DNA of 64,000 nucleotides. It comes from Clostridia bacterium (GTDB lineage: Bacteria; Bacillota; DAOUPZ01). The notes beneath the pieces were generated by a model. The model saw only the letters and a list, made by a program, of their open reading frames with translations, ran no database searches and was not told where the DNA came from. The position numbers and the translations under genes are program-made. The stretch spans positions 3,728 to 67,727 of the forward strand of contig DAOUPZ010000020.1 in the NCBI GenBank assembly GCA_030625885.1, written 5' to 3'. Within the stretch, counting starts at the first letter, position 1. Each line of letters starts with the position of its first letter. Positions 1-9,420 of the stretch are shown piece by piece.

Positions 1-663
1 TAAATTGTATTCAAAACCAAGATGCTATTTAATCCATTCTTCATGTACTAATTTTTGCATTAAGCAAACAATATATGTATCTCATACACACGTATATAAT
101 CAAGAAATTTATACTACCCTTTCATCATCTTATAAAGAGGTTATTGTCATTTTAGACGTTAATAAAGCGGCTCATGTTTTCTTGTGTAATGCTTGTCTTA
201 ATGTAGCTTTTTGACGCACCCATCCACATAATTTTTTTACAATCTATAACTATAAAATCCCCTATATTTCCATAAACCTATACTATAAACTCATAGTAAA
301 ATACTCACAACTTTATTTTAACCTTAAGGAAAAGTAAATCCTTTTTCCTTAATATCCATAAAAATACGCAAAATCCTCCATCTTTTCACACATTTGTTTA
401 TATTCGCATAATAGTGCCCCCCTAAATAACATTCCGTAAACCGTAGTCTCTAGAAACATATTTCTTACTTCAATATTCACCTAAAAACTCCTACCCCACT
501 GATTTATAATTCCCTTCATTCGATCCGCAAGCTTTTCCCAAACCGCAACAACTATCTCAAGACGGGTTAAGTTAATGCCTATGAGATGCTTATTAACCAC
601 ATTCACTTTACCCTTTAATCCTGTTATCTCTTCACGCTTACAGCCATATCACTTTCTTAATCT

Positions 664-1608
664 CTATTCACCAATTTCAGCAAATAAACACCCTATTGTT
701 TTGAACGTTTCAACAGCCTCATTAAAATTCTGTTTTTCATCTCCATATACTAAATCCCTATGCAAAGCTTCATATCTTGCCTTTACATCATCTGTAAAAT
801 ATTGCTGCCATGATTCAAATTTATATTTTTCAAGTGAATTATATTTTGAATCTTTGCTGCGTTTTTCTAAATAAATGTGATCTGTTTCTTTAGTTTTAAC
901 TATCAACTCCTTAAGAGCTTCCCTATCAGCTATAAAATCTTGTATCTCTTTCATCTTGAACAATTGAGTTACATCATAGATATGTCTTACTTTTTTATCT
1001 ATTGTCCCGCTTAATGAATGCCTTTTAACAGAAAAAATTTTATCAATAAATGTTATCTCAATACGCAGCACATTAATACGAACATCTTCTAATTCGTATT
1101 CTTTTATAACGTTTGTCATTGCCTGTTTTTCTAGGTATTCTTGAATATATGTCTTAAGAGTTTTTTCTTCATATGGATCTGGTTTAACGATGGAACCTAT
1201 TTCTAATTTAACTCTGCTGTTTTCAATATCATCATCTTCAAACCACACATATGCGCTTTTGTTTCTATTACTACGTTCCTCATTTATTTTTTCGCTTTTT
1301 GCATTCCCAATTATAGTTTTTTCGATCTCCTTTAGCTTTTTACTATATTGATTTTCGTTCAATTCTTCTTTTGGAATAAATGTTAAATCAATATCTTCTG
1401 AAAATCTATTGATAGATCCGCGATAACATTTACTTAAAGAAGTTCCTCCCTTAAATACACATTCATTTACAAAATCACTTTTTCCCAAATTTTGAAGTAA
1501 CATTACAATATAATAATCTCTTTTCACAGCACTTACTGGGATTCCAATATCTTGACTTGTTAGTGTACATAAATCATTAAAATCTTCTCTATTTGTATGC
1601 AGTTTCAT
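664..1608 (-). CDS. AbiEii/AbiGii-family nucleotidyltransferase toxin (type IV TA / abortive infection)
   Basis: 314-aa ORF with 'FKGGTSLSKCY..RFSEDIDLTF' nucleotidyltransferase signature typical of AbiEii (DUF1814). Overlaps the upstream AbiEi-like gene by 20 nt. Confidence 0.8.
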   Translation of the reverse strand: MKLHTNREDFNDLCTLTSQDIGIPVSAVKRDYYIVMLLQNLGKSDFVNECVFKGGTSLSKCYRGSINRFSEDIDLTFIPKEELNENQYSKKLKEIEKTIIGNAKSEKINEERSNRNKSAYVWFEDDDIENSRVKLEIGSIVKPDPYEEKTLKTYIQEYLEKQAMTNVIKEYELEDVRINVLRIEITFIDKIFSVKRHSLSGTIDKKVRHIYDVTQLFKMKEIQDFIADREALKELIVKTKETDHIYLEKRSKDSKYNSLEKYKFESWQQYFTDDVKARYEALHRDLVYGDEKQNFNEAVETFKTIGCLFAEIGE

Positions 1609-2293
1609 ATAATTCCTCCATTTTAGGAAATTTATATTTTGATGTTTTATTCAAGAATTGTGAGAGCGTATTTCTCACATTATTTTGATTTAAAATATTT
1701 TCTAAAAAAGCAATAGTTGATTTTTTGTAATTCATATTTTTCACCACTTTTATAAATACTTGATCGCAATAATGTTGCACAATAGTTTTAATAAAAGCTC
1801 TAAACCTATTTTTATTAATATCCTCTATATTATTATAATTTTGCAATATCTCCAACTGCTCAATAACTCTTTTGGTTTCAGAATTAATTGATAAGTTTAT
1901 TTTATTTATTATAATATTTTGTATAACTTTTTTCTTTCCCTGTAAAACATTTGAATAAACCTCAATCGTTTTAGAGACTTGATTGGTAATACCATATTTA
2001 TTGTATAATCGATACCCTATCACGACACCTGTCATATTTTTCTCTCCAACATAATAGTTTAATATATTTTCTTCGGTGACTGGTATTTTCCCAAATCTAG
2101 TAATCTTAGGTCTGCAATATACACCTTTAGAAATTTTTGAAAGCTCACCTTTTTTAACCATTCTTTCAAGACTTTTATAGTAACTATTCGGGGGAACATA
2201 TTCTAGTTTTTCTTGTAGAAATATATTAGCAACAATCAGTTTTCCGACAGGGTATGCATCAATTTTGCTCTTCACTTCCATCTGATAATTCAT
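1589..2293 (-). CDS. AbiEi-family antitoxin / transcriptional regulator
   Basis: 234-aa ORF directly upstream of and overlapping the AbiEii gene. The N-terminal 'YKSLERMVKKGELSKISKGVYCRP' winged-helix motif is typical of AbiEi. Confidence 0.7.
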   Translation of the reverse strand: MNYQMEVKSKIDAYPVGKLIVANIFLQEKLEYVPPNSYYKSLERMVKKGELSKISKGVYCRPKITRFGKIPVTEENILNYYVGEKNMTGVVIGYRLYNKYGITNQVSKTIEVYSNVLQGKKKVIQNIIINKINLSINSETKRVIEQLEILQNYNNIEDINKNRFRAFIKTIVQHYCDQVFIKVVKNMNYKKSTIAFLENILNQNNVRNTLSQFLNKTSKYKFPKMEELYETAYK

Positions 2294-2660
2294 AGAATAT
2301 CACCTTCCTATACTTAATTATATGACTAATAAGTTCAAAACGTCAAGTTTTTTTAATTTTTACTTGACATTTTATTATCCATAGATACTAAATAAAAAAT
2401 GTATCAATCAATTAGTAAGTCTTTTTGTTAATTTATAAATAAAAAAAGTTGTAGATTGTTTTTAACAACTTTTGCAACCTTTTGAATAACCACGATATCC
2501 CCCGTCACTTTCATAAACATTTCGATTTACACCGTACTGATCATCAAGAACGGTTGCCAAGTTATGTATTAAGTCTACTACTTCCTTGGGGCAATGCTTC
2601 GCTTTGGATATTTCTTTTACATGAGCAATTTTTATCGTCTTCCTTCTCTCCTTTCAGAAA

Positions 2661-2705
2661 TTAAAAATAGCCTAAGAAAGCATTTATATAACTGCTCCCT
2701 TAGGC
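2661..2705 (-). terminator. Rho-independent terminator after the ecsAB-like operon
   Basis: 7-bp stem GCCTAAG/CTTAGGC with a long loop, followed on the minus strand by a T-rich run. Confidence 0.5.
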
Positions 2706-2833
2706 TTAACATCATGATACTTGATTTCAAAAGATTACTTCTTGATTGTTAATGCTTTAAGCGATGATTCATAATTATGATATATGCTTAATTCTTAAGC
2801 TAATACAGAGAAAAATACTAATCATTTTAATTA

Positions 2834-4060
2834 TCAAACAAAGTAAGAGAAGATAACTGTAATGTAATAAATGGAAGTTCCCCCTAATAACAATGCCATT
2901 AAAGCACCAACCCAAGAAAAACTCTGAAATCCCAAAACAAAACTCATAAGTAAAAAACCTGGTATTGTCATTAAGAATAATGCTTTTCTTGCAGCAAATA
3001 TTCTATCTTCGACTTTCCACTGAAATAGGCTAACAAATTCGGAAGCCATAACCGCCTGCCAGTATATACTAACAAATCTAACGAAAATGGCGGAAAATAT
3101 TACCCATAACACCAACCTCCACCAAAAAGGAAAGCTCCCAACAAATAGCGTGGAAAGAATCATGAATTGCACATAATTTAACAAGTACTTACTATTTCGC
3201 AAAACCGTTTTAATGCAAAGTTCAACTAATACATTGATAGTACTGCGTTTTTTGAATATACGGTTTGAATTATAAAATAGCAAAGGACGTTTACGTCTAA
3301 TTTTTTTCTTTTCAATATTTACACCAGATAATTTGAATAAAAAAATTGAATACTTTAACAGCTGAGCATTCTCTCTTTCCACATCATTAACAAAACTCCC
3401 TTTAATATTGATTCTTATTCGAACCAATAAGCCCAAAAACAAAAGCAATAACAGAAAGATGCTCAAAAAAAGGATAAGATTATTTATTACATATAGTGCA
3501 TTATTTATATAAACAAGACCTGCACAAATGAACAGTGCAATAAAGAAAACGCTTCGTTTATACCCCCTTATACGTAAACCAACAAGTTGTTTAATCAATT
3601 GCAAACATACTCCCAAAAGATAGCTTATAAAAAATAGCTTTAATACAAGAATTGCCGTAAAATTAAAACATATTACTAGAAATGGACCTATCAGAAGAAA
3701 TTGAAAACCTATCATAAACAAATGCCAGATTAAAGAATATGTTATGCTCAATTTAATAATTTTCCGTATCCAGCTTTGTTGTTGCAGTAAAAAGAGCTGG
3801 TCTGCTTGCTGTATAAAGATCCTAATATTTCCTGACCATGCAATGCAATAAAAAATTGCCATGATTAAACTTGAAGGAATCAATCCAAGCACAGCAGGCG
3901 GATTTCTCCACCACAAAAGATATTGGTAGACTCCAAAGGCAATAAAGGGAATTACTATATATATGGCAACCATCCAATCAATAACTGTACGCCATACGTT
4001 ATACTGAAACTTCCAATAAGAGATAAAACGTCTATAAAATAGTTTATTTGTTGTAATCAT
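2834..4060 (-). CDS. ecsB: ABC transporter permease, EcsB-like
   Basis: 408-aa polytopic membrane protein. Its start overlaps the stop of the upstream EcsA-like ATPase, and its size and position match B. subtilis EcsB. Confidence 0.6.
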   Translation of the reverse strand: MITTNKLFYRRFISYWKFQYNVWRTVIDWMVAIYIVIPFIAFGVYQYLLWWRNPPAVLGLIPSSLIMAIFYCIAWSGNIRIFIQQADQLFLLQQQSWIRKIIKLSITYSLIWHLFMIGFQFLLIGPFLVICFNFTAILVLKLFFISYLLGVCLQLIKQLVGLRIRGYKRSVFFIALFICAGLVYINNALYVINNLILFLSIFLLLLLFLGLLVRIRINIKGSFVNDVERENAQLLKYSIFLFKLSGVNIEKKKIRRKRPLLFYNSNRIFKKRSTINVLVELCIKTVLRNSKYLLNYVQFMILSTLFVGSFPFWWRLVLWVIFSAIFVRFVSIYWQAVMASEFVSLFQWKVEDRIFAARKALFLMTIPGFLLMSFVLGFQSFSWVGALMALLLGGTSIYYITVIFSYFV

Positions 4061-4767
4061 GCTTCATTCTCCAAAATTAAGTTAAAACAATCAAATAACG
4101 ACCCATCAGGTAAATTACAATATTTACGAAACTGTTCAATATTCCCGGAGGCTACCATTTTTCCGTTATTTACCAAAACAATGGAATCACAAATTCTTTC
4201 TGCAATATCCAATTGGTGAGTTGACAAAAGGATTCCTACCCCCCGTGCTTTTTCTGTATTTAATAAACTCATAAATTCCTTTGTCCCCTGGGGATCAAGC
4301 CCGATAAAGGGCTCATCCACTATATATACATCCGGTTGAATTAAAAAACCTAAAATAAGCATGACCTTTTGCTGCATGCCTTTGGAAAAATTTGAAGGGA
4401 AGTGATGCTTTACTTCTTGCAAATGGAATTTTTTTAATAATTCTTCACTGCGTTCCATAAATATTTGCCTTCCCATCTGGAATGCAGCAGCGGCAATCTC
4501 TAAATGCTCCCATAATGTTAATTCATTATATAGAATTGGTTGTTCAGGAACATATCCATAGTTTTTATTTTGTTCCCCCAGTTGTATGTCTCCTTCAATT
4601 ACTGGCAACAAACCTAAAATCGCTTTAATGGTTGTGCTTTTTCCTGCTCCGTTAGGTCCAATGATTCCAACCATTTCACCGTTATTAAGGGTGAAGTAAA
4701 TATCTTCAATGATTCTACTTCTATCCAAGTAACCAGCATACTTTATATCAACGTTTAATACTTCCAT
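4057..4767 (-). CDS. ecsA: ABC transporter ATP-binding protein, EcsA-like
   Basis: Walker A 'GPNGAGKST', signature 'FSKGMQQKV' and Walker B 'VYIVDEPFIGLDP'. Close resemblance to EcsA as recalled. Confidence 0.8.
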   Translation of the reverse strand: MEVLNVDIKYAGYLDRSRIIEDIYFTLNNGEMVGIIGPNGAGKSTTIKAILGLLPVIEGDIQLGEQNKNYGYVPEQPILYNELTLWEHLEIAAAAFQMGRQIFMERSEELLKKFHLQEVKHHFPSNFSKGMQQKVMLILGFLIQPDVYIVDEPFIGLDPQGTKEFMSLLNTEKARGVGILLSTHQLDIAERICDSIVLVNNGKMVASGNIEQFRKYCNLPDGSLFDCFNLILENEA

Positions 4768-4857
4768 TAACTTTGCTCCTTCTACAACAAAATAATTTTA
4801 AAATTGAGTTAATACACCATTATAGCACATATTTTGATTTAAGCTGTTATTGAACAT

Positions 4858-4886
4858 AAAAAAACCGTACTGGCTAACCAGTACGG
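4858..4886 (-). terminator. Native ssrA terminator, now separated from ssrA by the prophage
   Basis: Perfect 9-bp stem CCGTACTGG/CCAGTACGG with loop CTAA, followed by a 7-T run on the minus strand. It lies 14 nt beyond the attL core. Confidence 0.75.
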
Positions 4887-4900
4887 TAGGTGGGTTTCAT

Positions 4901-4912
4901 TGGTGGAGGTGA
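4901..4912. repeat. attL core (TGGTGGAGGTGA), direct repeat of 61279-61290
   Basis: Exact 12-bp copy of the complement of the ssrA 3' end (TCACCTCCACCA). Identity stops on both sides. Confidence 0.85.
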
Positions 4913-5027
4913 ACCATATCAGTTTATATCCACAATACCCATTAATAAATATCGTCATCAAAGTAAAAATTAAATTGTTTCTTCTATTATATATGCAATA
5001 AATATCCCGGGCAACCTACTCTCGGGA

Positions 5028-5240
5028 TTATTTCTCTGTATCTTCAAAAAAGTAATTAAAATCGCATTTATAAAAATCGCACAACCTTTTTAGAGTGTGT
5101 ATTTTGATTTCTGTTTTATCTTTTTCATAGCTGGATAAAGTAGCAGGATGAATTCCTCCAAAACTAGCTGATTCTTTTAATGACGATCCTGCTTTTTTTC
5201 TACACTCATACAGTTTCTCCCCTACAGATTTGATAGCCAT
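5028..5240 (-). CDS. XRE-family HTH protein (moron)
   Basis: 70-aa ORF with an HTH_3-like pattern 'LYECRKKAGSSLKESASFGGIHPATLSSYEKDK'. Has its own RBS AAAGGAG and a duplicated promoter module upstream. Confidence 0.7.
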   Translation of the reverse strand: MAIKSVGEKLYECRKKAGSSLKESASFGGIHPATLSSYEKDKTEIKIHTLKRLCDFYKCDFNYFFEDTEK

Positions 5241-5342
5241 TATACATCCATCTCCTTTGCAAAATCATTGATACTTCTACAATCAACTGTTTATATCCTA
5301 CCACTTATATTTTACCACTTATACATAAAAATGGAATAGGGA

Positions 5343-5375
5343 GATAAAAGAAAAACCCAGGAGTAATTTCCTAGG
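5343..5375 (-). terminator. Rho-independent terminator (part of the duplicated 72-bp module)
   Basis: Minus strand reads CCTAGGAAATTACTCCTGGG followed by TTTTTCTTTT. Confidence 0.65.
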
Positions 5376-5384
5376 CTTTATGTG

Positions 5385-5651
5385 CTATAGAACATATTTT
5401 ATATTGATAGTAATAGTTCCTTCTGATGTTACTGAAGAAACAATTACCGTTAGTGGATCTAATTCTCCAATAGACCCTTTAGCCGTTACAAAATATACAC
5501 CTGGTCTTTCATAAACATGAGTTACAACACTTCCAATAACAATAGTACCATCACCAAAATTCCATGTAAATGTTGTTCCTGTAACTGAAGGATAAAAAGT
5601 TATCAGTTCACCCACTTTAGGCTTAAGGGGTTCATAACGGAAATGAGGCAT
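5385..5651 (-). CDS. PKD-domain protein
   Basis: 'GELITFYPSVTGTTFTWNFGDGTIVIGSVVTHVYERPGVYFVTAKG' matches the PKD fold signature (WxFGDG..H.Y...G.Y). Start moved to the Met preceded by GGAGTGA. Confidence 0.65.
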   Translation of the reverse strand: MPHFRYEPLKPKVGELITFYPSVTGTTFTWNFGDGTIVIGSVVTHVYERPGVYFVTAKGSIGELDPLTVIVSSVTSEGTITINIKYVL

Positions 5652-5742
5652 TATTATCACTCCATTAATATGATATAGAATTATCTTATTCATCCTGGGA
5701 TTCTTCTTCTAGTAGTCGCGAATATTTTTATCGCATCACCTG

Positions 5743-6402
5743 TTAGAAAAATTTTGGTTTTTTATCAAAAAAACCATAAGATTTTTTGATAAATATCGGC
5801 TTAATTTCAACTTCTTTAGTTACGTTACTTTTCTTATCAGTAATAAGGATTTTTGTTATAGTGTTGGCTTTCTCAATAGGAAAATTGCTTTTTCTCATTT
5901 CAAATGAAATTACATTACTGTTGCTTTTGAAGTTCAAAAGACGATTATTTAAATGATGAATTCCTACTTCATCAACAACATCTATCTTGATATGGTTACA
6001 ACCATCAGTACCTTCTCCAATAAAACTGTCCGATACTAACTTGCCTTTTAATTTTACAGTCTGCAATTCATTGTTAAAATCATATGGCTTACTATAAAAA
6101 TGGCATATTTTAAAATAAGGCATTACCAAAGGTTCAGGCAAATATTCAATTATTTTATATCTTAATTTATCTTGTCCAAATCCAGGAAATTTTGCTGTAA
6201 AATTTTCAATGTTAATTTTTTCAATATTTATTGTGATGTCTCTTAAGATAACTTGTTTACCTATAACATGTTGCCTAATAGTAATATAGTGCTGCATATA
6301 AAAATATGCTGATATCGCAAGCCATATTATTAGTATAGTAATTATTCCTTTTAACCATTTTTTATTATTCATCTTCAACACCACCAAATATTTTGGATTC
6401 AA
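5743..6402 (-). CDS. Membrane-anchored hypothetical protein
   Basis: 219-aa ORF with one N-terminal TM helix (WLKGIITILIIWLAISAYFYM). Lies between the AbrB-like and PKD genes. No recognisable domain. Confidence 0.5.
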   Translation of the reverse strand: MNPKYLVVLKMNNKKWLKGIITILIIWLAISAYFYMQHYITIRQHVIGKQVILRDITINIEKINIENFTAKFPGFGQDKLRYKIIEYLPEPLVMPYFKICHFYSKPYDFNNELQTVKLKGKLVSDSFIGEGTDGCNHIKIDVVDEVGIHHLNNRLLNFKSNSNVISFEMRKSNFPIEKANTITKILITDKKSNVTKEVEIKPIFIKKSYGFFDKKPKFF

Positions 6403-6435
6403 TAAGTCTTAATGAAAACCGCAGTATGTATTATA

Positions 6436-6687
6436 TTAAAACCTATTGTTTAATTTTATTTTATGAATGCAGTCCTGACATATGTTCTTACCATTATATT
6501 TCATTACCTTTTCTACGCTTCCACAGAAAATGCACTTAGGCTCATCCTTTTGCAGAATGATCATATCACCTTCAATACATATTTCTAAGCCATCATTATG
6601 CTTAATATCAAACTGCTTTCTTAGTTCCATTGGCAGGACAACACGCCCTAATTGATCTACCTGCCTTACAATACCTGTAGCTTTCAT
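6436..6687 (-). CDS. AbrB/SpoVT-domain regulator with C-terminal CxxC..CxxC zinc ribbon
   Basis: 'MKATGIVRQVDQLGRVVLPMELR' swapped-hairpin motif plus 'CIFCGS..CQDC'. Paralog of 41814-42068. Confidence 0.8.
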   Translation of the reverse strand: MKATGIVRQVDQLGRVVLPMELRKQFDIKHNDGLEICIEGDMIILQKDEPKCIFCGSVEKVMKYNGKNICQDCIHKIKLNNRF

Positions 6688-6741
6688 GATATCGCCTCCT
6701 ACTTATATTTTACCACTTATGTATAAAAATGGAATAGGAGA

Positions 6742-6772
6742 GCAAAAGAAAAACCCAGGAATTACTCCTGGG
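6742..6772 (-). terminator. Rho-independent terminator overlapping the stop of the 632-aa gene
   Basis: Minus strand reads CCCAGGAGTAATTCCTGGG followed by TTTTTCTTTTGC. Confidence 0.7.
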
Positions 6773-8660
6773 AAATCATCATATTAAAGCCAAACTTTTT
6801 ATATCCTTTTCTGTAATCATTATGCTGATCTTCTTCATCCGGCTCCAAAAACTCCAAAATTACTAATACTCTTCCTTCACCATATTTAATAGAATACTCA
6901 CGCAAATTCCATTTCCTTTTGCTCTCATCGACTAGCTTCAAATCACACCAGTAATGTAATGGCATTCTTTCCTCAAAAGAAGTAATTCCTTCATTTAATA
7001 TTTTATGAACTCCAGTATAATCCGGATAATGCTCTCCATAATTTGGTAAGCATGAATAATTTAAAGGAAACGATTTTGAAAACCTTCGTAATGTACATAT
7101 ATCGTTTTCAAATCTAAACAAAACAGTAGGAATACTTTCAATTAATGCAACCATTCTTGATGCTAATGCTATAATTGAAACACAGTACTTATCTTTAAGT
7201 TCACTTATTCTATCCCAAGACCCTACTCCATATTTGCAATCATTAACAATATCTTTTGAAGGCATAAGTAAACTTGCAGCAAATTCATCTGCTTCTCTCT
7301 CTAATTTGTATGTTGAATTTTCCTCAATCCACTCTGATATTAAGCAAATATCAATATCATTCTTACCATAATGGTAGATGTAATGACCTACTTCATGAGC
7401 AATAGTAAATCTTCTTCTTTCATTACTTTGAATATCATTATTTATTATAATTAATGGAAATAAAAGTTCTTCTGTTTTCAATAAACAACCGTCAAACCCT
7501 TTATCACTAATTTCATCAATATAATTTAATGATAAACCAAATTTATTAGCAATTTTTTCAGGATTAATAGGTAATTCTTTTTCATTAGTGACTCGTCTTA
7601 CTGCATAAGTATAATCTTCAATACTAAAAGTATCTTTTATCTCTAAATCATCAATTAATAAAACATCAAAACTAATATCCTTATTACGTACTTCTTTATA
7701 CATTTCAACCAATTTATACTTTGTTGAATCACTAAGATGACTCACCTTACTCCTTGCTGCTAATTGGATTTCTTGTAGGTCTAGTTTTGAACTAGAAGCA
7801 ATGTTTCTAAGCCATACTTTTGAATCACTATCACTAGCTCTAACATAAATCGGTCTTAAAATATCTTGAGTGGCATAACCAAATTCTAGGCAAAAATCTC
7901 TATATAAAGCTGGACTATCTAAAACTAACACTATAAATTCACTAAATTCTTTAATACTTTTACTTTCTAATGCAATATTTTTTATTAAAGCCAACAAATT
8001 TTTCTTTTCATTTAAAGTGGTACTTTCACTGTAGTAAACTGCAAAAAATTCATCAGAAATTCTAGAACTCAAAACTTCTCGAGGCTTATTATTTAAGAAA
8101 TATTTAAATAAATTAAGTTTTTGAATATCGTTTGTAGATGCATATTCTTGCAAAAATTCTCTATATGGAATATTAATGTATTTTTTAAATTCATCATAAT
8201 ACTTTTTAAATTCTATATCCTCAGCCATATACTGCAAAAACTTTTTTTCTTTTTCTAAATTTCTGCCTGATATGATATATGAATAAACGTCTTCCTTTAA
8301 AAAAAAATTTCCATTTTCACGGCAAGAAAAAAGAATCCTCTCCAATATATCATCGTTAATATCAATTTCAAAATTTGATAAAAGAATAAAAGCACCTAGA
8401 GCTTTTATTCTTTCGTTATCTTGACTCATAGTTATAAGACTTTGTTTAACTTGCTCTAACCTTTCTGATCCAATTAATAATTTAGACTTTCGGAATCCTA
8501 GCACCCATGGCTCAACATTCTGATTCTTATATGTTTCAACTGCAATATATTCTAATCCATTGTACCAATCAGTATCATTTAATACTTCGCTTATCTGTTT
8601 GGCCAACATATCAGAACAATCTTTATCATATCTAGACATTTTATTTCGAAAGTCTTGCAT
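6762..8660 (-). CDS. Large protein with a C-terminal-half ImmA/IrrE (M78, DUF955) zinc-peptidase domain
   Basis: 'FTIAHEVGHYIYH...EREADEFAASLLMP' is the HExxH..E.EA..FA..lLmP signature. The ~430-aa N-terminal region has no domain I recognise. Start set at the ATG 5 nt after the upstream stop, with GAGGTGA as RBS. Confidence 0.7.
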   Translation of the reverse strand: MQDFRNKMSRYDKDCSDMLAKQISEVLNDTDWYNGLEYIAVETYKNQNVEPWVLGFRKSKLLIGSERLEQVKQSLITMSQDNERIKALGAFILLSNFEIDINDDILERILFSCRENGNFFLKEDVYSYIISGRNLEKEKKFLQYMAEDIEFKKYYDEFKKYINIPYREFLQEYASTNDIQKLNLFKYFLNNKPREVLSSRISDEFFAVYYSESTTLNEKKNLLALIKNIALESKSIKEFSEFIVLVLDSPALYRDFCLEFGYATQDILRPIYVRASDSDSKVWLRNIASSSKLDLQEIQLAARSKVSHLSDSTKYKLVEMYKEVRNKDISFDVLLIDDLEIKDTFSIEDYTYAVRRVTNEKELPINPEKIANKFGLSLNYIDEISDKGFDGCLLKTEELLFPLIIINNDIQSNERRRFTIAHEVGHYIYHYGKNDIDICLISEWIEENSTYKLEREADEFAASLLMPSKDIVNDCKYGVGSWDRISELKDKYCVSIIALASRMVALIESIPTVLFRFENDICTLRRFSKSFPLNYSCLPNYGEHYPDYTGVHKILNEGITSFEERMPLHYWCDLKLVDESKRKWNLREYSIKYGEGRVLVILEFLEPDEEDQHNDYRKGYKKFGFNMMISQE

Positions 8661-8665
8661 TATTA

Positions 8666-9250
8666 TCACCTCATAAAAGGAATCCACTCAGATTCAGACT
8701 CATTCCATCTTTCTATCCTTATTACTTCAGCTTCTGAAATATCAAAAGCAATTAAATTATACCTAGTTAATTCGCATTCAACTGAAGGTTGGCTCCTAAC
8801 TACTCCACCAGTCCTTCTAAACTTCCTAAAAACTTGGGGGCGTTTGATTCTTACTACAGCTCTATAAATGCGTTCATTAAAAGAAATACCATGTGCCCTA
8901 ACAATAGATATAGGATTTCGCGTATCATCAGGATAAAAAAGTGGGTTTGCAGTACCATATGCTCCATCACCATAATGAGGTTCCTCAGAAAACATACTTC
9001 TGTTAATACAATTTTCGCACATACAATACGTCCTAGATTTTATTACTTTTGTTGTAATTATCTTATTTAATATATTATCATCTGCCACAAAATAATGATA
9101 AAATTTGTTTATTTGTTCAATTCCAAAATTTTCAAAACATTCATGTTCTCCCCTTAATAAATCTTCGTCAGTAGCTTGTCCAATTGGAGAAGTCTCATAC
9201 GGTATACTTATGGGGTTTTCTCTACAATTGTCGCAAAACTTATCTGTCAT
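8666..9250 (-). CDS. Cys-rich hypothetical protein (194 aa)
   Basis: ORF with RBS AAGGGGG. Contains CDNC and CMCENC motifs. Translationally coupled to the M78-domain gene. Confidence 0.55.
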   Translation of the reverse strand: MTDKFCDNCRENPISIPYETSPIGQATDEDLLRGEHECFENFGIEQINKFYHYFVADDNILNKIITTKVIKSRTYCMCENCINRSMFSEEPHYGDGAYGTANPLFYPDDTRNPISIVRAHGISFNERIYRAVVRIKRPQVFRKFRRTGGVVRSQPSVECELTRYNLIAFDISEAEVIRIERWNESESEWIPFMR

Positions 9251-9389
9251 AAGATACCCCCTTTTTTCATAAGGTTATAATATATTTATTAATACAAAAT
9301 ATTTTCCAGTGTATTACTTCTCCAAATTCTTTCAATATCCTTCAATATATTTACATTTATTCCAATGCACATAAAATATATATTAAACT

Positions 9390-9420
9390 AAAAAAACAGG
9401 GCAGGAAATTAATCCTACCC
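9390..9420 (-). terminator. Terminator at the end of the lysis cassette
   Basis: Minus strand reads GGGTAGGA-UUAAUU-UCCUGCCC followed by TGTTTTTTT. The stem includes the holin stop codon. Confidence 0.65.

Noticed and set aside
5-874. Track ORFs 5-214 (+) and 575-874 (+)
   Set aside because: They have no RBS and odd composition. 575-874 overlaps the AbiEii gene in antisense. Minus-strand reading of 480-650 gives a ~55-codon start-less fragment, probably a decayed gene, which is not enough to call.
2440-2664. Track ORF 2482-2664 (+) and an antisense ~55-codon ORF (..KIAHVKEISKAKHCPKEVVDLIHNLATVLDDQYGVNRNVYESDGGYRGYSKGCKSC)
   Set aside because: The minus-strand frame looks protein-like and is followed by a good hairpin terminator. 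However, it has no ATG/GTG/TTG after the upstream stop (only ATA/ATT) and no room for a promoter, so it is left uncalled.
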